DNA of 64,000 nucleotides from a virus (lineage: Duplodnaviria; Heunggongvirae; Uroviricota; Caudoviricetes): the IMG/VR virus record IMGVR_UViG_3300033076_001232, positions 78,435 through 142,434 of that record. One strand, 5' to 3'. Positions within the stretch are counted from its first letter, which is position 1. Each line of letters begins with the position of its first letter. The notes under the pieces are model-generated. The model was not told the origin of the DNA, searched no databases, and worked only from the letters and a program-made list of their open reading frames with translations. Positions 57,432 through 64,000 of this stretch are shown one piece after another. The position numbers and the translations under genes are program-made.

Positions 57432-57742
57432 TTGAATTTATTATTATTATGCTACTCTTTGGTTTTTCTGTTACAACCACAGTAGTCAACGGATCTATAT
57501 TTGATAACCTGAGAAATTGGGCTCTTGTGAAATTGCCTTTCATTGGTAAGCTACTCACATGTATAATGTGCTTTGGTTTTTGGATTGGCGTTTTGATTTT
57601 CTATCCTCTTAACTTTATGGGATTCTTAGAACCTATTGGGGAAATGCCAATTTGGTTTAACTATATTTTCTACCCGTTCATACAGAGCTCAACTGGAATG
57701 GTTTTAGAATCAGTGATAATATTTTTTAGAAAATCTAAATAA
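57428..57742 (+). CDS. DUF1360-like membrane protein
   Basis: TM helices with IFDNLRNW...[13 protein letters not shown]. Confidence 0.6.
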   Translation: MIEFIIIMLLFGFSVTTTVVNGSIFDNLRNWALVKLPFIGKLLTCIMCFGFWIGVLIFYPLNFMGFLEPIGEMPIWFNYIFYPFIQSSTGMVLESVIIFFRKSK

Positions 57743-57743
57743 A

Positions 57744-59141
57744 ATGAGTCAGCTTAATATATCAGAGCAAATAAACACCCAATATCGAACATACGCACTA
57801 TATGTTTTACAAAGCAGAGGTATACCAAACTTCTATGACGCTCTAACACCAGTACAGAGATTAATACTTGAAAACTCACCCTCTAGATTCAATAAGACCA
57901 TAGGCTTGGTTGGAGAGGTAATTAAAACCGGACTATATCACCACGGGGATTCATCCCTGGCAGGAGCAATTTCTAAATTAGCCAGACCTTTTGGCTGTTC
58001 ATATGGTGTATTAGAGGGAGACGGATTCTTCGGATCCCCGGTTAATCCAAGTCCATCCGCACCAAGGTATACCTCAGTTAGAGTTAATCAAAAAATAAAG
58101 GATATCATCTTTAAGAACTATGATCTTAATGAGAAAAACCAGGAGGGAGGTCACGATTGGATTCATGTAGAATTTCCAGTTGGTCTATTAACTCATGTTG
58201 TAGGAATAGCGGTTGGGTACAGAAGTAACATCTTACCCAGAAAAATGGAGGACGTTGCTGAGTATCTTCAAGGAACACCTAAACTTCTTAAACCCTACTT
58301 TAGAGATTTCTCTGGAAAGATCACGAAATGGATGAACGAGGATAGTTCTTGGCTCATTGAAAGTGGATTTGAAGTAGATAAGAATAAGAAGTTAGTTAGA
58401 ATCTTTGACTTACCTCCGGTAATGAGATACGATAGCTTTATCAGCAAGCTGGACGATAAATTAGATAGATCTGGACATGATTATAGGATAGAGAATAGAT
58501 CTCAGAGTAAATGTGATCTCATCGTTTCCTTTAGAGGTATGAATCCGGAGACATTTGATGAAGTGGTTGCGATGATTTCCAAATTGACCAAGATCATCGT
58601 GAAGGAGGATGTCATCTTCGTTAAGGACGGTAACGTGATGGAGTTTTCATCTGTCAAGGATTACTTGGATCACTTTAAAACCCACTTAGAGCTTGTCAGA
58701 TTAAAAAGATTAATAAGGGACGAATATGACTTCTCCAGAGAATTAGCTTTTCTTGAGGCAAAATTAAAATTCTTGAATTTTATGATCGCTAAGAAGAGGA
58801 ACAATAAAGAGATTACTGAGTTCGTTTCTCAATTTGAATCCTGGATTTCCTCTAGACTACAGAAAATAGAAGCTGTAAAGCTTAGCGTCGAGCACATAAA
58901 GCAAACCGAGGAGGATATCAAAGAGATCAAGAAAAAAATAGCCCAATTGAAGAAAGATATAAAGGATCAAGAGAAAAACTACAAGAAGGTTTGTAAAGAT
59001 CTGGAGAAAATATCTAAAACGAAGCAGACCAAAATAGTCAACAGCTTATTTGAAGAAACCCAAATTAACGGGATAGAAATATTCCAGGTTGAGGAGGAAG
59101 AAGAAAAAGTTGAGGAAATTGAGGAAGAAGATGAAATTTAA
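57744..59141 (+). CDS. Type II topoisomerase DNA-cleavage subunit (T4 gp52 / GyrA-like)
   Basis: RGIPNFYDALTPVQR, YHHGDSS and catalytic SAPRYT; no gyrase C-terminal domain. Confidence 0.9.
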   Translation: MSQLNISEQINTQYRTYALYVLQSRGIPNFYDALTPVQRLILENSPSRFNKTIGLVGEVIKTGLYHHGDSSLAGAISKLARPFGCSYGVLEGDGFFGSPVNPSPSAPRYTSVRVNQKIKDIIFKNYDLNEKNQEGGHDWIHVEFPVGLLTHVVGIAVGYRSNILPRKMEDVAEYLQGTPKLLKPYFRDFSGKITKWMNEDSSWLIESGFEVDKNKKLVRIFDLPPVMRYDSFISKLDDKLDRSGHDYRIENRSQSKCDLIVSFRGMNPETFDEVVAMISKLTKIIVKEDVIFVKDGNVMEFSSVKDYLDHFKTHLELVRLKRLIRDEYDFSRELAFLEAKLKFLNFMIAKKRNNKEITEFVSQFESWISSRLQKIEAVKLSVEHIKQTEEDIKEIKKKIAQLKKDIKDQEKNYKKVCKDLEKISKTKQTKIVNSLFEETQINGIEIFQVEEEEEKVEEIEEEDEI

Positions 59142-59178
59142 AAGTAAATCCACAGTAAGAACTATTAAAAGATAAAAT

Positions 59179-59943
59179 ATGAGACTGAGAATCACAAGCA
59201 CAGGGAATCTGATCACTCTATTGAAAAGATTAAAATCAGTAGAGAAAAGCGTTATCCTGGAATTAAGGGAGGATGGAATTTTTTCCAAGGTACACACACC
59301 AGACAAATCAGTAATGAAATATTCATCGGTTAAATTCGATGATGTTTTAGAAGGCGACATCGATTGGAAATCAATCAAATGTGACCGAATTAAAATAGGA
59401 ATTATCGACGTTACAAGGCTAATTGACGCTTTTAAGCATTTCAGACCTGAGGAAGAGATCTTTATTGAAATCCCTACAGAAATGGTTGATGGATCATGTA
59501 TATCTACGGAGATCAAATTAATCTCGGCTTCACTTAGTATTAAATTAAAATGTGCAGATCTTTCCTTACTTTCTTATGTTGAAGATTCTATCTTGGATCT
59601 GGTACATAGCAGAGAAGATGCTTTGATGAGATTTAAGATCTACCAATCAGACTTTACTACCATAACATCTCTATGCGGACTAGAAACAAATTCTGAAGAG
59701 ATCCTATGTTTTGATGTAAAGGAAAAGAATGTTTATGCTATTGGTGATTCCTTTAACTATAAATTAAATATCGGATCCTCTGAAATCATTCTGGAGGACG
59801 GATCAAATTCTCCTAACATTTACAAAAAAGAACTATCATACATGGAGCCTGAAACATGCGAGGTATACGTACATGATAATAGAATGGTAATGGTTTCTGA
59901 ACAATCGGCTACTTCAATAGCAATGGGATTAGTAGAAAAATAA
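59179..59943 (+). CDS. DNA sliding clamp (gp45/PCNA-like)
   Basis: 254 aa with a clamp-like pattern (LKRLKSVEKSVILELREDGI...DKSVMKYSSV), directly upstream of the PolB C-half. Confidence 0.65.
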   Translation: MRLRITSTGNLITLLKRLKSVEKSVILELREDGIFSKVHTPDKSVMKYSSVKFDDVLEGDIDWKSIKCDRIKIGIIDVTRLIDAFKHFRPEEEIFIEIPTEMVDGSCISTEIKLISASLSIKLKCADLSLLSYVEDSILDLVHSREDALMRFKIYQSDFTTITSLCGLETNSEEILCFDVKEKNVYAIGDSFNYKLNIGSSEIILEDGSNSPNIYKKELSYMEPETCEVYVHDNRMVMVSEQSATSIAMGLVEK

Positions 59944-59947
59944 GAAT

Positions 59948-61096
59948 ATGACCCAGGAAGAAATACTAGAAATAAAAGAAAGGATAGAAAGTCTTACCTC
60001 GCTCAAGAATGAGCTTAAGAATGAGGAACAGGCAATTAAGTTAACGATGAACTCCATCTACGGAGCGATCGGGAACAACTGGTTTGTTTGCTTCAATCCT
60101 GACGTAGCAGAATCGGTAACGCTTCAGGGACAAGATTTAATAAAATATTCTGAGAAGATTCTACATAAGTACTTTCATGAGCACTGGCATCTTGATAAGG
60201 AGTTACATGAAAAGCTTGGTGTTACTGATGTTAAAAGGGTGATTAAACCTCTGGTAGTTTATGGAGATACTGATTCTAATTATGTTACATTCCAGGAAGT
60301 AGTGGATTCATGTAACTATCAGGGAGACGATAAAGAGCTTATCCTAAAGATAAACGAATATCGATTAAATGATTACTTAAAGAAATGCTTCGATATTTAC
60401 TCTAAAAAATGGAATACCGATAACTATCAGGATTTTGAGCTTGAAACTCTTTCTTATAATGGTATATTCCTAGGTAAGAAAAAATATGTGGTTAACCTTG
60501 CTTATGATTCAGGTATACACACTGACGCCCTTTCTCAATTGAAATTCACAGGGGTGGAGATGATTAAAGGGGGTACACCTCCTTTTGTTAGAGAGAAACT
60601 TGTATATCTGACAAAGTTCATATTCTCAAAAGGTAGAAATTTTGACATTCGTGAGTTTGTTAAGGAGCTTAAGAATATAAAGAAGGACTTTAAAGTTCAG
60701 GAGCCCAAGAGTATTTCAGCTTCAGTGAATATCAATAACTACGAGAAGTTTATACTTAATGACACTACTGGATTCGAGGTGGCTAAGGCATGTCCAATCC
60801 ACGTAAGAGCATCAGGATACCATAATTATTTGCTAAATAATTCTAAATATAAAAGCAAATACTCTTTGATCAGAAGCTCAGAGAAAGTCAACTACTATTT
60901 CGTTAAAACTAAATCGATCGCAGATAACAACGTATTTGCTTATCCACAGGGGACATATCCATATGAGTTTGCCCCGCCGATTGATTATGACGAGCAGTTT
61001 ACTAAAACTATTCTCGATCCCATTAATAGATTCATCGAAGTCATGGGATATAATAAGATAAGTCCGAATCTATTCATGATTAATGCTCTTTTTTGA
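59948..61096 (+). CDS. polB: Family B DNA polymerase, C-terminal half (second fingers helix, motifs B and C, thumb)
   Basis: KLTMNSIYG (motif B), VTLQGQ, YGDTDS (motif C), KKKYV and GVEMIKG; no exonuclease or motif A. Confidence 0.9.
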   Translation: MTQEEILEIKERIESLTSLKNELKNEEQAIKLTMNSIYGAIGNNWFVCFNPDVAESVTLQGQDLIKYSEKILHKYFHEHWHLDKELHEKLGVTDVKRVIKPLVVYGDTDSNYVTFQEVVDSCNYQGDDKELILKINEYRLNDYLKKCFDIYSKKWNTDNYQDFELETLSYNGIFLGKKKYVVNLAYDSGIHTDALSQLKFTGVEMIKGGTPPFVREKLVYLTKFIFSKGRNFDIREFVKELKNIKKDFKVQEPKSISASVNINNYEKFILNDTTGFEVAKACPIHVRASGYHNYLLNNSKYKSKYSLIRSSEKVNYYFVKTKSIADNNVFAYPQGTYPYEFAPPIDYDEQFTKTILDPINRFIEVMGYNKISPNLFMINALF

Positions 61097-61098
61097 TT

Positions 61099-61293
61099 AT
61101 GGGATTTCATAAGAGACACATACCTGAATTAGAGAAATTAAAAGAAATAAGAACCTCTTGCAACGATGATAAAGAATTTTTGGATAGGATCGTTGGTAGA
61201 GCGGATGCTTTCGTCGGTTCTAAAGAATCTATGCAGTATTTGGACCAAGTTTACGAAGAAATCAAAAAAAGAGAAGAAGGTCATGAGGAGTGA
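61099..61293 (+). CDS. Small hypothetical protein
   Basis: MGFHKRHIPELE...; ATG 61099 is preferred over TTG 61093. Confidence 0.55.
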   Translation: MGFHKRHIPELEKLKEIRTSCNDDKEFLDRIVGRADAFVGSKESMQYLDQVYEEIKKREEGHEE

Positions 61294-61576
61294 GGAAGAG
61301 ATTAAAGAATATCTTATAGATTCCTTAAATGCTGTTGTTTTTACCGGCAGGGAATATGAGGAGTATAAATTACTTATGATAGAGGAGGCAAACGATATAC
61401 TTTCTGATAAGAAAAGATACGTGATATCAAGTCCACTCCCTATACACTCAAAATTATCCAGAATTAATGATCTTATAGACTTTTTTACTATCCAGGAGGA
61501 GAAAGAAATAGTCAAAGATTTGACTGCTCTAAGAGATTCGGTTAGACTTCGTTTCTATTTCGAAGAATTCGTATAA
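61283..61576 (+). CDS. Hypothetical protein
   Basis: Start reassigned to ATG 61283 (MRSEEEIKEYL) to avoid a long overlap. Confidence 0.5.
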   Translation: MRSEEEIKEYLIDSLNAVVFTGREYEEYKLLMIEEANDILSDKKRYVISSPLPIHSKLSRINDLIDFFTIQEEKEIVKDLTALRDSVRLRFYFEEFV

Positions 61577-61591
61577 AATCCCTTCGATTGG

Positions 61592-61599
61592 GATATATA
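61592..61599 (+). promoter_or_regulatory. GATATATA putative late promoter
   Basis: Exact motif 21 nt before ATG 61621. Confidence 0.6.
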
Positions 61600-61620
61600 A
61601 GAAGCAAAATAAATTACAAC

Positions 61621-63078
61621 ATGTCATCTAATAGAGTACTTGATTTTTTCTCCTATATTAATGAATCTAAGGGGGAAACTACAAAAATAGTGGTTTTAAC
61701 GGGGAACGTTAAAGGAAGTAAAACATCCAAATCCTTCGAAGAGGAATGTAAGAAGAGAAAAATTGAGTGTCATATAGTAGATGTTAATGATGTCATTTTA
61801 GAAAAGGCTTACAATGGTCACATCATTAAAACCGGAGAGGATCAGATTACGATAGATCCTAATTCTACTGTGATAGTACCAAGAAGAGGGGTCTTAGAAA
61901 ACTCATATACGAAGCAGGTGTTAACGTATTTAGAAGATGCTAGATACTTTACAGTTAATACTCTCGAATCTATGGAAGTGTGCGAGAATAAATACCTCAC
62001 TTCTCAAGTTTTAGAGGAGAGCGGCTTACCAGTTCCTAGATGTGCATTAGTACCCAATGAGGATTTTTTAGACTCTGCATTGAAAGAAATAGGTGGTAAA
62101 TTTCCGGTAGTTATGAAGCTTCTATCAGGTACTCAAGGTATTGGGGTTTCTATAGTTGATTCTTACTCTTCATTAAAATCGGTTTATCAAACGATTAGAA
62201 AGCTTGATGGAAATAATGAGATCCTGATTCAAGAGAAAATAGATTCGAATTTTGACCTTAGAATCCAGGTAATAATTAAGAAATTTGATCCTTTGCAACC
62301 AGATCCAGATAACTGTATGATTCTGGGATCTATGAAGAGACAAGCTGTTAAAAAGGATTTTAGAACAAATTACTCTTTAGGTGGATCTGTTTCTAAATAT
62401 AATATTTCTAAGGAAATAGAAGAAATAGCATGTAAGGCTGCAAATGCAGTTGGATGTCACTGGTGTGGGGTTGATATAATGATAGACTCTAAAACTAAAA
62501 AACCTTACATCTTAGAGGTTAATTCATCTCCAGGAACCGAAGGTATATCACAGGCTATAGGTAAACCTATCGTGGATGATGTAATAGATTACCTGGTAGA
62601 GAAAAGCAATTGGTCTTATTCTAATCTGGAAGTTGGGTATTTAGAGACTTTAGAAATTCCTGGATTAGGTTCAGTTGTAGCCAAATTCGATACTGGTAAC
62701 GGAGCTAAATCATGCAGTATCCACTGTGATGAGGTAGAAGAAATAGACGGTAAACTGAAATGGAAAATCGGTAAGAAAAACTTCGTAAGTGATATAGTTG
62801 GATATTCAGATGCTGAAGTAGGTAAAGATATCCACACCAGACCAATTATCGAGATGGACATTTTATTCCACGGTGTATTGGTACCTGCAGTAAAAATATC
62901 TCCTGTCGACAGAACAGAGAAAAGCACACCATTCTTAGCAAATAGAGGATTTATGAGAAGACTTGGATTAATAGTTAATCCATATAAAGCCTTTGTAGTT
63001 TCGGAAGAGCCTAAGAAAGGATATGGTGCTGGTGCTTCAAAAGGAGAAGCCCACGCCGGAATTAAATTTGAAAAATAA
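61621..63078 (+). CDS. rimK: RimK-family ATP-grasp ligase fused to C-terminal RimB-like retropepsin protease, with capsid-targeting-like leader
   Basis: KLLSGTQGIGV, IQEKI, FRTNYSLGG, GVDI and LEVNSSPGTEGI; then VGYLETLEIPGLG..AKFDTG...SIH; starts VLDFFSYINE. Confidence 0.85.
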   Translation: MSSNRVLDFFSYINESKGETTKIVVLTGNVKGSKTSKSFEEECKKRKIECHIVDVNDVILEKAYNGHIIKTGEDQITIDPNSTVIVPRRGVLENSYTKQVLTYLEDARYFTVNTLESMEVCENKYLTSQVLEESGLPVPRCALVPNEDFLDSALKEIGGKFPVVMKLLSGTQGIGVSIVDSYSSLKSVYQTIRKLDGNNEILIQEKIDSNFDLRIQVIIKKFDPLQPDPDNCMILGSMKRQAVKKDFRTNYSLGGSVSKYNISKEIEEIACKAANAVGCHWCGVDIMIDSKTKKPYILEVNSSPGTEGISQAIGKPIVDDVIDYLVEKSNWSYSNLEVGYLETLEIPGLGSVVAKFDTGNGAKSCSIHCDEVEEIDGKLKWKIGKKNFVSDIVGYSDAEVGKDIHTRPIIEMDILFHGVLVPAVKISPVDRTEKSTPFLANRGFMRRLGLIVNPYKAFVVSEEPKKGYGAGASKGEAHAGIKFEK

Positions 63079-63090
63079 CAAACAGATAAA

Positions 63091-63306
63091 ATGGAAAACC
63101 TAAAAGAGTTTGGTAGCATTAGCGAATCATCTAGCCAAGATGAAAAAACAGAAAAAATCCAAGTTCTTCTTTCCAAAGAAGATTTAACTGACTTGAGTAG
63201 AAAAATCTCCAAAGAAGCTCTTGCTAAAGGAGAAGCACCGGTTTCTATTTCTCATTACGTGAGAAAATTGATTAGAAGAAACCTAGGGAAAACTACTGAG
63301 GATTAA
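63091..63306 (+). CDS. Ribbon-helix-helix-like DNA-binding protein
   Basis: Beta strand EKIQVLLS, then a helix, then SISHYVRKLIRRNL; leader MENLKEFGSISE. Confidence 0.55.
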   Translation: MENLKEFGSISESSSQDEKTEKIQVLLSKEDLTDLSRKISKEALAKGEAPVSISHYVRKLIRRNLGKTTED

Positions 63307-63311
63307 TTTCT

Positions 63312-63632
63312 ATGCGACTGCTAATAGAATTTGACGATTACCTAGAAGATGATCTAGATCTGGGTGAGCCAGAAAAGGCAATGATTCGAAACTGGATACA
63401 GAAGTATGAAAAGTACTTCAATTTCCATAATAGTGGGGAATTCACTGATTCTATTGATCAGATAACAAAAGACTGTATAGAACAATTAGGAATCGATAAA
63501 TCAAAAAGTGATGCAGTTCAAGATTACCTAGAAAGTCTATATACTCTTTCGGATGGACTATCAGTAGTGATGGCTCCTGGACCGGAATTACAATATACAA
63601 ATATAGACCAAGTTCAGAGATTTCAATATTAA
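63312..63632 (+). CDS. Putative internal head protein with capsid-targeting-like leader
   Basis: Starts MRLLIEFDDYLE. Confidence 0.55.
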   Translation: MRLLIEFDDYLEDDLDLGEPEKAMIRNWIQKYEKYFNFHNSGEFTDSIDQITKDCIEQLGIDKSKSDAVQDYLESLYTLSDGLSVVMAPGPELQYTNIDQVQRFQY

Positions 63633-63680
63633 TGTGAAACCTTTTTATATTTCCTTTGTATAAAGGATAAAATATCTTTT

Positions 63681-64000
63681 ATGAATCTTGTTTCAGCTTT
63701 ACAGCAATCCAATACTACCACTGAGAATGGAATGGTAACCAATTCAAGTTCACTCAACAATTGTGTTGATCTGTTCTTTAAGATTGGAGCTTTTAGAGCT
63801 GCTGATGATTCCGATATAATCAGAGCATTTTCTTTAGCTTTTAACGAGAATCCTGTTACTTCTATGAGAATACTTTTCTGGGCTAGAGATGTAAGGGGCG
63901 GAGCTGGCGAGAGAAGGGTATTTAGAATCTGTCTAGACCATTTAACTAAATCCAATCCTGAATCTTTAAAAAGGAACTTGGAGCTTATATCAGAATATGG
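63681..64000 (+). CDS. 3'-truncated DUF2828 (TROVE/vWA-related) protein; absent from the ORF track
   Basis: MNLVSALQ...TENGMVTNSSSLNNCVDLFFKIGA...ILFWARDVRGGAGERRVFR; runs off the window. Confidence 0.75.
   Translation, partial: MNLVSALQQSNTTTENGMVTNSSSLNNCVDLFFKIGAFRAADDSDIIRAFSLAFNENPVTSMRILFWARDVRGGAGERRVFRICLDHLTKSNPESLKRNLELISEY

Noticed and set aside
43107-59943. Eukaryote-like RNR, MBD4-like, PCNA-like and GT2-TPR genes suggesting a giant eukaryotic virus
   Set aside because: gp32, gp61-type primase, UvsY/UvsW, PhoH, a spanin-like gene, a lipoprotein, operons and intrinsic terminators indicate a bacterial T4-like phage.
45200-60060. Split intein or intron as the explanation for the two polB halves
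   Set aside because: There is no Cys/Ser-initiated intein N-fragment, no HN-C/S/T junction and no homing endonuclease. Both ends are ordinary fingers helices.
104-63955. Many short antisense or alternate-frame ORFs in the track (e.g. 10773-11096, 26167-26559, 41654-42202, 52655-53230, 59046-59516, 62616-63212, 63629-63955)
   Set aside because: They lie entirely opposite or inside well-supported genes, have no recognisable motifs or initiation context, and look like shadow ORFs.
1-64000. Stop-codon reassignment as seen in some Bacteroidota phages
   Set aside because: Conserved genes are full length under the standard code and coding density is already very high.
1-64000. CRISPR array, tRNA cluster, IS or integrase
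   Set aside because: No regularly spaced direct repeats, cloverleafs or transposase/recombinase motifs were seen, and intergenic gaps are all under about 230 nt.

Overview
A 64 kb, AT-rich, densely coding segment of a large T4-like (Tevenvirus-type gene set) jumbo phage. Several markers point to a Bacteroidota host: a histone H1-like small protein, a DUF4494-like protein, the RNR and Adk types, the spanin type, a TAnnTTTG promoter, and A-rich starts without Shine-Dalgarno sequences. Layout: 1-27.5 kb is a tail/baseplate/fibre structural cluster with an inverted phoH; 27.8-33 kb is recombination/replication (RuvC-like, gp32, primase, UvsY, UvsW); 33-43.8 kb is small late genes and a nucleotidyltransferase operon; 43.9-61 kb is DNA and nucleotide metabolism (PolB split into two genes 14.7 kb apart, dUTPase, RNR, Adk, GT2-TPR, two topoisomerase II subunits, UvsE, DnaJ, sliding clamp); the end holds a RimK-protease fusion and a truncated DUF2828/TROVE-like gene. 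The strongest cross-cutting signal is that about 12 unrelated proteins start with the same short leader (aliphatic-x-x-F-x-x-F/Y...L/I-x-E), resembling the T4 capsid-targeting sequence, and about half of them sit directly behind a conserved intergenic GATATATA motif. These include Adk, RimK, a Pol-beta-type NTase and an OmpA-like protein, suggesting a virion-packaged, injected enzyme cargo. No tRNA, rRNA, CRISPR array or mobile element was found. All family assignments come from motif recognition by eye, not database searches.
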